Below are positions 53,525 to 62,500 of a stretch of DNA of 64,000 nt, in pieces (the stretch's first letter is position 1; every line of letters begins with the position of its first letter). Under the pieces are notes generated by a model. It searched no databases, was not told the origin of the DNA, and was given only the letters and a program-made list of their open reading frames with translations. A program made the translations under genes and the position numbers. Location: sequence record PQ511146.1; one strand, 5' to 3'. Source of the stretch: Escherichia phage NHEP1.

Positions 53525-54765
53525 TACGCCTCCTCGTAGATAATGTCGATAGTATTACCGTCGCGGTCAACCACGTACTCAATTGGGTCGCCATCTTTGC
53601 GTGATTCTGGAGCTACTACGATTTCGTAGCGGCATGCACGGCACTTGGCGCTGTTGTGTTGGTAAGGTACACTAACTACATCAGCAGGGTCAACCATGAC
53701 CGTCATCACAGTTCCGTAGCTCTTTGCATACTCTTTGCTGGCACAGTGCAGGCCATAAGAGCATGCAGCTTCCGGATCATCCTCTACAAAGTTACGGGGC
53801 ATGGATACAAAAGCTCCCTGGTATTGTGGGACTTTACCACTGTGCCAATCCACCCACTTGTCGCCGTTAAACTGAACCCCTTTGTAGCAAATGATTCGAC
53901 CATCTTCTGCAATCTGAATGTCGTTTGCCTGCATAAAATCGTAGAGCATGTTTACAGATTTTGCAGAAGGATTGCGTAGCAGGCGAACGAGGAATTTCAC
54001 ATAGCGGTCATCCAGTGTTCCGTCTGCATAATCTTTCTCAATTTTCTTTGCAATGGTGGATCGCATCTCTACACCGTAGTAGTAGAGCTTACCATCTTTC
54101 ATGATCAGGTTGTCTGCAAGTGTGGTGAACTCATTCTTGCGTTCCAGCCAGACAAGGATTTCACCAATTGCCTCGTCATATTCCTGAACAGAGATATGGT
54201 CGAAGACTTTCTGGTAAACTTCCTCACTTTCACTGCGGCGAATTTCAAAAATACCTTCGTTGCAGGTGATCTGGAGGAGTTCCCCGCAAATAACCACCAA
54301 AGGCTCGATGCTTCGGGTCTGTTGCTGAGACACACTGCTCACCACCTCCAGCACCGGGTCTTTTACTTCTACTAAAGGTTCTTCTGACTTGATTGCTACC
54401 CCAGTGAACCCTACACCGTGAACAACACACAGTGGATATACCACACCCCAACGTTTAACGGAACCTTCTCCTGAATCTAAGATCATGGCGTACTTACCGT
54501 TATCTTCCAGCCCATATCGAAATAAACGGGCCTCTTCACGGGTTTCAAAATCCTCACGGGTGTAGCAGACGCTGTCACGGTCAGGATCGAACAACTCTGG
54601 GGCACCTACTGCCAGTGTCCAGGTTGTGTTACCTTTCTCAATAGCGCATGTGAAACCCTTCTTCTCAAGCTCTGCACGGCGGTCACGTGCTTCTTTACGA
54701 GTTTTGAAATGTTCGTAGATGAAAATCATCTTGGTCTCCTTATTTGATGTTATTCTTTGTATCAA
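53524..54765 (-). CDS. rIIB: rIIB-like protein
   Basis: Motifs LYDFMQANDIQIAEDG and ACSYGLHCASKEY...VVSVPYQHNSAKCRACRYEIV resemble T4 rIIB; adjacent to rIIA. Confidence 0.8.
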   Translation of the reverse strand: MIQRITSNKETKMIFIYEHFKTRKEARDRRAELEKKGFTCAIEKGNTTWTLAVGAPELFDPDRDSVCYTREDFETREEARLFRYGLEDNGKYAMILDSGEGSVKRWGVVYPLCVVHGVGFTGVAIKSEEPLVEVKDPVLEVVSSVSQQQTRSIEPLVVICGELLQITCNEGIFEIRRSESEEVYQKVFDHISVQEYDEAIGEILVWLERKNEFTTLADNLIMKDGKLYYYGVEMRSTIAKKIEKDYADGTLDDRYVKFLVRLLRNPSAKSVNMLYDFMQANDIQIAEDGRIICYKGVQFNGDKWVDWHSGKVPQYQGAFVSMPRNFVEDDPEAACSYGLHCASKEYAKSYGTVMTVMVDPADVVSVPYQHNSAKCRACRYEIVVAPESRKDGDPIEYVVDRDGNTIDIIYEEA

Positions 54766-56722
54766 TCAGTTCACGGTATTCAATCATAGCAGGAGTGTCC
54801 CAATATTTCAAGCCTACATGCTTCAAAAGTGGATATTTCTTTTCCAATCTTGCAATATAGGCCTTCCCGCACTTAACCCGGTTGGCGATTAAGATTTTGG
54901 CACGATGATTTAGCTCACCGTACTTCCACGTGGTGCTACCTTCCCACTTGTGGAAATGTGGCCGATAACTTCCAAAATCCTGCATGGGGATAATTTTACC
55001 TAACTGTCTGTACAGGCTGTCATATGAAGTTTCATTTGCTGCGCGAGTTAGTAAGAATTTCCAAGCATCCTCTTTCAACAAATGTTCCACATTCTTCTCT
55101 GTAACATATTGGCAATCAGGATCAGTCCAAAGCAGACGAGATTCCGACACCAGGTACAGATCTTCCCCTTCAGGAATCTGGAGTGCCGCACGCACACGGT
55201 CATAATCTTGCTGGTAGATGTTGCTCATCTGCCCTAGCCAACAACTTCCGCGTTGGATATCCCCCTCATACGGTATGCAGTGCTTAATCTTCCTGAACTC
55301 TGCCTTAGTAATACGCTCACGCCGGAAGTAACCATCCTTCTCAAGTTTTTTAACCCAATAGCCTGGTTCGTAACGGGTTTTGGTTTCACCTTTCTTCGTA
55401 GGTCGGCGTGGAAGCTCCGATAACAATTTGACCGTATCTGCAAAAAACGGATGGTGTGCCGCCTCTTTAAACTCTTTCACCAGATCCGTGTTACGGCAAT
55501 AGAAAACGTTGCGTCCGGTAATCTCGCTTAAGTAGTTACACTTATTCCGGTTATATTTGCCGTCTCCGTCGTTAAATACTAAATAAACTCCCCGTAAGAA
55601 TTCTACCTTTCCGTAGCAGGCGTAACCTATGCGGCCTTTATTTAAGCCGCCAGCGAAGATCTCGCAGTCCCCCAAATTTCCTAGCCCTGTTTCTTCCCAG
55701 CGGTCATACATAAAATTCTTACCGAAGATGTGCCCGAACACTCCACTGTTCTTCATCATCTCGCGTGCTTCTGAGGATGTTTTTGCTGTCTCCAGTTCTG
55801 CAACAACTTCTGCTCCACGAAGGCGAATGCCTTCTTTGACAAAAGCTTCCAAACGCTCTTGGAATCCACCATCGTCGTGACCTTCTATGGTCCATTCACG
55901 CCCTGGGTTAATATTGCAATCTCCGATAGGGATCTCTACACAAATTGCAGGATAATCTATTAGTGTCTCCAGGAACTTAGAACGGTAAGGTTGGTGACCC
56001 ATTACCACACGACTCTCGTCAGAGCTGGTATAACCCTTCAGGATGGTCATCTTCCAACCATCTTTTTCATAATAATACTGCGCCTCTACTTTGTCTCCCT
56101 CCAGCATCTTGCTCGTCATCGGGTCGGTGACAGTGAACGGAAATTTTGCATAGCGCAGGCATGATGCAATAGCGGTGCGATATTTCAGAACATGCTCTTT
56201 CTTAACATGAAACTGAACTTTTACCCCGTTGTGCTCTTCAGTCTTCCGCTCACGGATCTTGGTGACATTTGGGATACCCTGGTCCAAGAACAATAGGTAT
56301 GTGCTTTCCACACCGTTGTGCACACTGATTACATCGAAAGTGTCCACCATACTGAACGGGGCCTTTGAACCAACACCTTTATTGCCTACCAGAGCGTTGC
56401 TGTTGCGCTTGGTTGACTCTCCGAGGTTCATGAAGGTGTTGCGGACCATCTCTTCTGACATGCCTAATCCAACGTCCTGCACAAAGAAGTATGGTTCAAG
56501 GTCTGTAGGAGAGTGAATGATGATCGGAACATCACCCCGTCCAGACTCAACATGGGAGTCCACAGCATTGAAGATCGGTTCACGGCAGCTTGCCAGCACC
56601 TTATCTTCATAAATCCCTTTGATGATTAGCCCAAAAGTCTCTTTGTTCAGAGAAATTGATCCCCTGGTTACCTCCATATTCCCAGTTAGCACCGCTTTAG
56701 TTTCACTGCTGTTTACAATCAT
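54740..56722 (-). CDS. rIIA: rIIA-like protein (GHKL ATPase-like N-terminus)
   Basis: LEPYFFVQDVGLGMSEEM and VGNKGVGSKA motifs resemble T4 rIIA N-terminal domain. Confidence 0.85.
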   Translation of the reverse strand: MIVNSSETKAVLTGNMEVTRGSISLNKETFGLIIKGIYEDKVLASCREPIFNAVDSHVESGRGDVPIIIHSPTDLEPYFFVQDVGLGMSEEMVRNTFMNLGESTKRNSNALVGNKGVGSKAPFSMVDTFDVISVHNGVESTYLLFLDQGIPNVTKIRERKTEEHNGVKVQFHVKKEHVLKYRTAIASCLRYAKFPFTVTDPMTSKMLEGDKVEAQYYYEKDGWKMTILKGYTSSDESRVVMGHQPYRSKFLETLIDYPAICVEIPIGDCNINPGREWTIEGHDDGGFQERLEAFVKEGIRLRGAEVVAELETAKTSSEAREMMKNSGVFGHIFGKNFMYDRWEETGLGNLGDCEIFAGGLNKGRIGYACYGKVEFLRGVYLVFNDGDGKYNRNKCNYLSEITGRNVFYCRNTDLVKEFKEAAHHPFFADTVKLLSELPRRPTKKGETKTRYEPGYWVKKLEKDGYFRRERITKAEFRKIKHCIPYEGDIQRGSCWLGQMSNIYQQDYDRVRAALQIPEGEDLYLVSESRLLWTDPDCQYVTEKNVEHLLKEDAWKFLLTRAANETSYDSLYRQLGKIIPMQDFGSYRPHFHKWEGSTTWKYGELNHRAKILIANRVKCGKAYIARLEKKYPLLKHVGLKYWDTPAMIEYRELIDTKNNIK

Positions 56723-57219
56723 TTATTGCGCTCCTTGTAGTAGATATGACTCCCGAATTGAGCTGTCCTCTGCATCTTTTTTGCCCATTTCGGTCGTACT
56801 TTTGTTGTATGGTAGTGTGTTGCTCCGCCTGTTATATCCATAGCCATGTATGCAACATGGTTGTTATTATAGACCTTTAGAAGCATCTTTGCAAGACTTT
56901 TAGCGTGATCCCATGAATCTTTTTCTGTCACCTTAAAAGTTTTGCCGTGGTTTGTCCACGAAAACTGGTTAGGTTGGTAGACAATCTTTCTTATAGTGTC
57001 TGGGTATTTGGGGTGAGATTTCCTGTTTAGTGTGGCAAACCCAGATGCCAGCATACCCATCGTGCCATCCCCTCTAGCCTCCCTGTAGATATTGCATGCC
57101 AGAATGTTTTCCTTAGTATCCGACGGCTTGCAGGTGTGATATACTTTTTGTTTTGGTGCTGCAACAACAGGCAGCGATAAAAATGCGCTCAAAATAATAG
57201 CAAAGATCTTAGTTTTCAC
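56719..57219 (-). CDS. Secreted cell-wall hydrolase, SleB/CwlJ (Hydrolase_2) family
   Basis: N-terminal signal-peptide-like segment; NIYREARGDG...ATLNR...IVYQPNQFSW motif. Confidence 0.75.
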   Translation of the reverse strand: MKTKIFAIILSAFLSLPVVAAPKQKVYHTCKPSDTKENILACNIYREARGDGTMGMLASGFATLNRKSHPKYPDTIRKIVYQPNQFSWTNHGKTFKVTEKDSWDHAKSLAKMLLKVYNNNHVAYMAMDITGGATHYHTTKVRPKWAKKMQRTAQFGSHIYYKERNK

Positions 57220-57224
57220 AATAG

Positions 57225-57250
57225 CTCCAAATAGAAAATCCCCGCCGAAG
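57225..57250 (-). terminator. Terminator hairpin (minus strand)
   Basis: Minus strand CCCCGCTTCGGCGGGG followed by ATTTTCTATTT. Confidence 0.5.
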
Positions 57251-57268
57251 CGGGGTGTGTCTTAGAAA

Positions 57269-57649
57269 TTAATCGTAGTGTGCCAAAATCTCTCCATCGT
57301 TGCAAGTCCCCTCTACGAAGTTGTGAAGATTCATGCATTCATCTTGATAGAAGAATTTACCGCTTTTCAGCCGTAGACCAAACAACTCCGCATCTCCACG
57401 ATGGCAAGCCTCTACAAGTTCATAGATTTCATACGGTAACTCTCCATCGTCATGGAAGAACCCCGCTTTATCGTTGACATAGATGAAGAAATAGTCACTG
57501 CTGTCGCAAGCGTCCAGTATTTTAAACCAGATTTCATCCACATCTTTTTCTCGGATATCGATCACACAAGTGGAGCTGCATTCGTACTCCTTCTCCGGCT
57601 CCTCGGTCAATACCACCAAGTAGTTTCCCCGCTTACCTACTTTAGCCAT
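57269..57649 (-). CDS. Hypothetical Cys-containing acidic protein
   Basis: Track ORF 126 aa. Confidence 0.5.
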   Translation of the reverse strand: MAKVGKRGNYLVVLTEEPEKEYECSSTCVIDIREKDVDEIWFKILDACDSSDYFFIYVNDKAGFFHDDGELPYEIYELVEACHRGDAELFGLRLKSGKFFYQDECMNLHNFVEGTCNDGEILAHYD

Positions 57650-57658
57650 ACAACCTCC

Positions 57659-58843
57659 TCAAGCTTTAGCTAAAATGGCGCTAAACTCTTCACCAAACTC
57701 TTTTACAATCTTCATCAGGTTTGGGTATGCTTTGATCAGCTGAGCGACGATCTTGTCCCTGCCTTTACCAATAAGTAAGGCATTTCCTAAGGCGTTAGGT
57801 TTCATCATCGCCATAAAGACTGAGAATACAAAGTCTCGGTTCTCATCCTTGAAATTTTCCCAAAGGAAATCAAGGAAGTTTGCCACACAGCTGACAAGAT
57901 CTTCGTCGGAGATACTTGCATTTTCCATCATATTACGAATAGCGATACAACCTTCTGACCCCAGAATCCACAAGATGTCTGGCTGCTTAGGACCTACATA
58001 TTCTTTGCAGCCTCCTGCCATAATCCGACCGATTTCTGGCAAGTTTCGTTTCTTGGTGTGGTAGGTCCAAATTTCTACCGCTGCAGTGTGACCAATTGCA
58101 CCTTGTAGAAGGACACGGGCCATAGCGTCAGAAATAATACCGCTGTCAAAATCGTGCAGGATGTCAGATGCAGCAACCCAAGATCGCGGTGTGGCAAAAG
58201 ATGGACAATTAATCTCAGCCATGGCCTCATAATTATCAATGGCTGATGGGACTCTTTTCAGATATCCAATTACAGAGGAGTGCACCCCATTAAGGAATGC
58301 ATAGTCCTCAATAAACACCTCTGCACTGCTTGTAACTTCTACAATGATAAAGCGGTTAGCTAGAGGAGCTTCGAGCGCCGAAAGAACAGCACCGTCTGTA
58401 GCACGGTTACCTGCAGCTACAAAAACAGAGCCCTTAGGAAATGCATAGGTGCCGCACTTGTGGTCGAGCATAATTTGCATTGCAACCTTCTGCAGGTAGT
58501 TATCTGCATGAGTAAGCTCGTCTAGAAAGATAATTCCGCTCCAGTCCGGATCTGCAGGCCAAAATTCTGGAATTGCAAACACTGTACGTGTAGTCCCATC
58601 CGACTCTACAGGGATAGGTAGCCCAGATAAGTCAGCAGGGTCTTTATCTGACAGTCGCACGTCAACAAGGTTGTCATCTCGCTCACCGAACATATTATCA
58701 GCGATCTGCTTCATCACCTGACTTTTACCCACACCCATTGGTCCCAAAATTAGGACAGATCGGCTATGACGTTGGGCAAACTGAATAATGGCTGGCAACT
58801 CACGGACAGTGATTTGACCACTTTCGAATACGTTTCTTGACAT
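57659..58843 (-). CDS. MoxR-like AAA+ ATPase
   Basis: Walker A GPMGVGKS; Walker B IIFLDELTHA; about 390 aa. Confidence 0.8.
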   Translation of the reverse strand: MSRNVFESGQITVRELPAIIQFAQRHSRSVLILGPMGVGKSQVMKQIADNMFGERDDNLVDVRLSDKDPADLSGLPIPVESDGTTRTVFAIPEFWPADPDWSGIIFLDELTHADNYLQKVAMQIMLDHKCGTYAFPKGSVFVAAGNRATDGAVLSALEAPLANRFIIVEVTSSAEVFIEDYAFLNGVHSSVIGYLKRVPSAIDNYEAMAEINCPSFATPRSWVAASDILHDFDSGIISDAMARVLLQGAIGHTAAVEIWTYHTKKRNLPEIGRIMAGGCKEYVGPKQPDILWILGSEGCIAIRNMMENASISDEDLVSCVANFLDFLWENFKDENRDFVFSVFMAMMKPNALGNALLIGKGRDKIVAQLIKAYPNLMKIVKEFGEEFSAILAKA

Positions 58844-59145
58844 TAGTAAAAGTCCTCTACTTGTGTGTAAGTGTTTTCAAAGTTTTCCAAAACAGATGTC
58901 ACATCGGATCTGTCAATATCGTACACAACTTCCCAGTTGTATGCAACCCTTTCTGCTGTTGCTTCTTCGGGACTTAACCGCCTACTGGGGTGAAAGAATG
59001 TTGGAGTGCACTTTCTTAGCTGTTTCCCGATTTTCCCATAACAATACCTGTGGATAATTTTGTCAAAATTTAACTCTTTTTCTGCACAAAGTTCATGTTT
59101 CTGGTATAGCATGTTTATTACTCTTTTAAGTGGCCTCCTTGCCAC
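58843..59145 (-). CDS. Hypothetical protein
   Basis: Track ORF 100 aa. Confidence 0.5.
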   Translation of the reverse strand: MARRPLKRVINMLYQKHELCAEKELNFDKIIHRYCYGKIGKQLRKCTPTFFHPSRRLSPEEATAERVAYNWEVVYDIDRSDVTSVLENFENTYTQVEDFY

Positions 59146-59151
59146 TACCTG

Positions 59152-59532
59152 CTAGAATGCAGTTCGAATCCAAACAAGGTTTTTATCTGCCCAATCATAA
59201 AGGCAAGTCATTGCACTGTTGAATTGCTCGCATGGTGGATAATCCTCTTCCATTCGGCGCATACCAGAACCTTGAGGGAAAAGACTCATTGCTGCAAACC
59301 ACGAATCGTAGTCATCCACAGTGTCGAAGTAGTATACAACATCCTCCAATTCAGGGTCGAATTTTAAATTATCAGGATCCAGCAGCTCAGGAAACTTGGC
59401 ACGTAACTTGCCAGCTACGATACTTGCCAGCTCGCTAACATGCTTGTTGTCCCAATCTACCAGTTTCCCGTCTTCATCGATGCGTCCTAGCCACTGTTCA
59501 TGGAGATCAACTGTTGTCTTCCACTGTGCCAT
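59152..59532 (-). CDS. Hypothetical protein
   Basis: Track ORF 126 aa. Confidence 0.5.
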   Translation of the reverse strand: MAQWKTTVDLHEQWLGRIDEDGKLVDWDNKHVSELASIVAGKLRAKFPELLDPDNLKFDPELEDVVYYFDTVDDYDSWFAAMSLFPQGSGMRRMEEDYPPCEQFNSAMTCLYDWADKNLVWIRTAF

Positions 59533-59534
59533 TA

Positions 59535-59792
59535 TCAGTCTACCTCTTCTTCCCGTTGCAGCTCAAGATACCCATAGGTCTGGATATCTTCAAGGGTGTG
59601 AAACTCCCCGTCAGCAGCCAAGGCGCGAACAACTTGGCGCAAAACTTTATGAGGGACTTCATCCAGCCCTAGATTCAGTGCAGGAAACACCTTATCTAAG
59701 TCAACAAAATAAACGAACTGTAGTTCACCAGCTTCAAAAGGTGTATCTTCAATAAACATCTTCTCGGCATTGGTCAAGATCTGCACTTTCAT
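59535..59792 (-). CDS. Hypothetical protein
   Basis: Track ORF 85 aa. Confidence 0.5.
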   Translation of the reverse strand: MKVQILTNAEKMFIEDTPFEAGELQFVYFVDLDKVFPALNLGLDEVPHKVLRQVVRALAADGEFHTLEDIQTYGYLELQREEEVD

Positions 59793-60148
59793 TATTCTAC
59801 CCCCTCTTCTTTTTCTTCAGCATTAGTTTCAGTGCTACCCCACTCTGGAGTTTCCACCTCGATAGTAAACTCACGCACTACACGGTAATTGCCCATGAAG
59901 CGCTCCACTTCTTCAAGGCTTATGGAGAGGCCATTGGCAACCAAGTCTGCAGCACCCTTCTCTACCAGGTAGTCCAGATTGGCTTCCAAGGCTTCAGGCT
60001 CAAACCCTGTCAATGCAATCATATAACCTTCCCCTTCATCAGGGAGGGCAATACAGCCCAACTGATTTTCTTTAAAAAAGCAGTGACCATCATTATTGAT
60101 TGGGTGCTCATTGCAGTAAATAGCTGCACGATAAGTAACTTTAGACAT
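59792..60148 (-). CDS. Hypothetical protein
   Basis: Track ORF 118 aa. Confidence 0.5.
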   Translation of the reverse strand: MSKVTYRAAIYCNEHPINNDGHCFFKENQLGCIALPDEGEGYMIALTGFEPEALEANLDYLVEKGAADLVANGLSISLEEVERFMGNYRVVREFTIEVETPEWGSTETNAEEKEEGVE

Positions 60149-60160
60149 TGATAGGCCTCC

Positions 60161-60439
60161 TTAGGCAACTGTCATTTTACATTCTTTGAATTTTAGCACA
60201 AGACGGTGATTGTGTCTAGTGTCTAAAAAGATTTTTTCAACCATCAGGCACACGGTGTAACCGTCCATCTTATTGACAACAAAATCTCCAGGGTAAGGGA
60301 GAATGTCACCTGGACTGGGGAAACATAGCCCACTCAAGAAGGCATCGTCGGTGGTGGATTTAATGGATTTCCACACACTGTCTGCCTGAATATTTTCACC
60401 CACATAATATACACTACCACATGCCTTCATCATAGTCAA
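60161..60439 (-). CDS. Hypothetical protein
   Basis: Track ORF 92 aa. Confidence 0.5.
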   Translation of the reverse strand: MTMMKACGSVYYVGENIQADSVWKSIKSTTDDAFLSGLCFPSPGDILPYPGDFVVNKMDGYTVCLMVEKIFLDTRHNHRLVLKFKECKMTVA

Positions 60440-61335
60440 ATCTCCGCGTAAATTAAACTGGAATCAGTATACTTCTTTAGTGGGTAAATATCCTGTCCAT
60501 AGATGCCGTCATTAAACACCTCATCTACCCAAAGGCTACACTTATATCCCATCATCTCTAAAACACCCATCTCTTCTTCGGTAAACTTATCACCGCTCTT
60601 GCAAGATGTCAATACCTCATTCTGTACTCTTGCCACCTCGAAGCGGTTATTGGCAATATCGCTATTAGCGATCAAATACTCACCCAAAGGGTGTGCGGCA
60701 TTAAAGATGCACAGTGGACGGTTGACGTAATAGTCTCCAGGTGTATAAAAATTATTGAGGTCTTTCACTAGAACATTCTTATCAGTCACTTCATTCATAA
60801 CATCATGCATATCGCACATCTTTATATGTTTGAGGATTCCATCCCCCATCACAAAATAAAAACTTGCTGAAACACTTTCGGCATAGATCTTACTAGATCC
60901 GTTGTAGTTGTATTTTACTCGGATGCTAACGGGGGTTTTTCCTGTCGCGTTAGCCATCATCCAAAGAAATGGCAGCTCATACTTCTCCTCTGAGGAAACA
61001 AAAGGTGAAGTTGCCAGAGATCGGAAACCTCCAGAGAAGTTGAAAGTTACAGAACCGCTCCGGCGGTATGATACTGCGTATTCCACTTTTATATCAACAT
61101 ATCCGTTGGAGTAAGTATGCCCTCCATTATCAAGGTATGTCCACTTATCGGACCCAGATACCAACCTCCGCTCAATTACCTTCATCACTACAGGGATTAG
61201 CGGATTAGTACAAACCGATTTTGAAGTAGCTTTATCATCCAAAGCCTCGTAAATTGCAGAAAGGATATCACCTGCTGAGAGATTGGTTGTGATATCTTGT
61301 TTCCACCTGGTGCTAAAACTGTTAAGATTTGCCAT
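60436..61335 (-). CDS. Hypothetical protein
   Basis: Track ORF 299 aa; first gene of the minus-strand block. Confidence 0.55.
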   Translation of the reverse strand: MANLNSFSTRWKQDITTNLSAGDILSAIYEALDDKATSKSVCTNPLIPVVMKVIERRLVSGSDKWTYLDNGGHTYSNGYVDIKVEYAVSYRRSGSVTFNFSGGFRSLATSPFVSSEEKYELPFLWMMANATGKTPVSIRVKYNYNGSSKIYAESVSASFYFVMGDGILKHIKMCDMHDVMNEVTDKNVLVKDLNNFYTPGDYYVNRPLCIFNAAHPLGEYLIANSDIANNRFEVARVQNEVLTSCKSGDKFTEEEMGVLEMMGYKCSLWVDEVFNDGIYGQDIYPLKKYTDSSLIYAEI

Positions 61336-61375
61336 GAGTAAGTGCTCCTATGTTAGTTTTCTTTTGAATGGGTGC

Positions 61376-61446
61376 ACTATATCGTGGATTTAGAGTAAAG
61401 TCAACACGTTTTTCAGGTTGACATCTTCTCAGGCACTTGGTAAGAT
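61376..61446. promoter_or_regulatory. Divergent sigma70-like promoter pair
   Basis: Plus: TTGACA (61418-61423)-N17-TAAGAT (61441-61446); minus: TTGACT (plus 61399-61404)-N17-TATAGT (plus 61376-61381). Confidence 0.5.
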
Positions 61447-61477
61447 TTCTCCACCCACAGAGAACAAGAGACAACTC

Positions 61478-62467
61478 ATGAATCTTGAAAAATATTATAC
61501 ACCAGAAGAGTTAGAGCGCTTGCTCAAAAAATACAGACGCAAACAGAATAACGCACGGAAACGGGATATAGAGTTCAACCTGTCATGGGAAGAATATCTC
61601 CTATTTGGTAAAAAACTTTTAGGAGAGGGAGTATGCGACTATACCCTTATACCTTTCGACATGCACACAGATGAAAACGGACTGGGAAATCCTTTCTACC
61701 CATCTCTGGAGCGGATAGATGATGAAGGTCCTTATGCGGTTGACAATTGTTGTGTGGTGGGATTGAGATGCAACTCCCTAAAGGACTGCCTGGTAGATAA
61801 AAAGACCGCAGTCTTGATTAAAGACAAAACTGATCGAAAAATTGTCCAGCAGATGATGCTCCACCTGAGCGAAGAGCGTATGGAGAAATTGAAAGGTGAT
61901 TACACTTTTGAAGATTTCATCTTGCAATATGGAACGGAAGAGGATAAACTAGCACTCTTTGACGAAGAATGGGAGGAAGATATGTCACCGATGCAGGATT
62001 TTAAAAACTTCATGGCTAATCGTGGAGCCAACAAGCACATTTCTGACATTGTAAACGAGCCTGTAGTAGAGGAGATTGGAGAGATGACGCAACAGGCTTA
62101 CGAAGAGGAAAAAGAGCCTCAAGTGGTCGAAGAAGAGCTTACAGAAGAGGTTCCTGCACTGCCTGACGATGTTGAGATTGCCAAAGCTTACACTTTCTAT
62201 TGCCAGACGTTCTACGATGCAGGTATGAAAGTTGATCTGTCATTCAGCCAGTTTAAGAGCACATACATTCGAAAATGTTGTGCTTTAACTGGTGAACGTC
62301 TCGGTGCCGGACTTAAACCCCTATTAGTTACCGACTGGAACAAAGGTTTCACCAAAGGTAACTTCATGGTAGTATCTCCAATCATGGAGAAGGCTATGAC
62401 AGACCTTATGAAGACCACTCGCATGACAATGACCGAGTTGGCTGGTATTTTCAAGCACGTTAAATAA
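61478..62467 (+). CDS. Hypothetical protein
   Basis: ATG 61478 (MNLEKYY); the longer track ORF begins at a TTG that is the promoter -35. Confidence 0.55.
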   Translation: MNLEKYYTPEELERLLKKYRRKQNNARKRDIEFNLSWEEYLLFGKKLLGEGVCDYTLIPFDMHTDENGLGNPFYPSLERIDDEGPYAVDNCCVVGLRCNSLKDCLVDKKTAVLIKDKTDRKIVQQMMLHLSEERMEKLKGDYTFEDFILQYGTEEDKLALFDEEWEEDMSPMQDFKNFMANRGANKHISDIVNEPVVEEIGEMTQQAYEEEKEPQVVEEELTEEVPALPDDVEIAKAYTFYCQTFYDAGMKVDLSFSQFKSTYIRKCCALTGERLGAGLKPLLVTDWNKGFTKGNFMVVSPIMEKAMTDLMKTTRMTMTELAGIFKHVK

Positions 62468-62500
62468 TGACAGGGGCCATTGGCCCCTTCTGGAGTTTTA

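Noticed and set aside
61418-61477. Upstream TTG start of the 61418..62467 track ORF
   Set aside because: The TTG is the -35 hexamer of a consensus promoter; the first ATG downstream of the predicted transcription start is at 61478.
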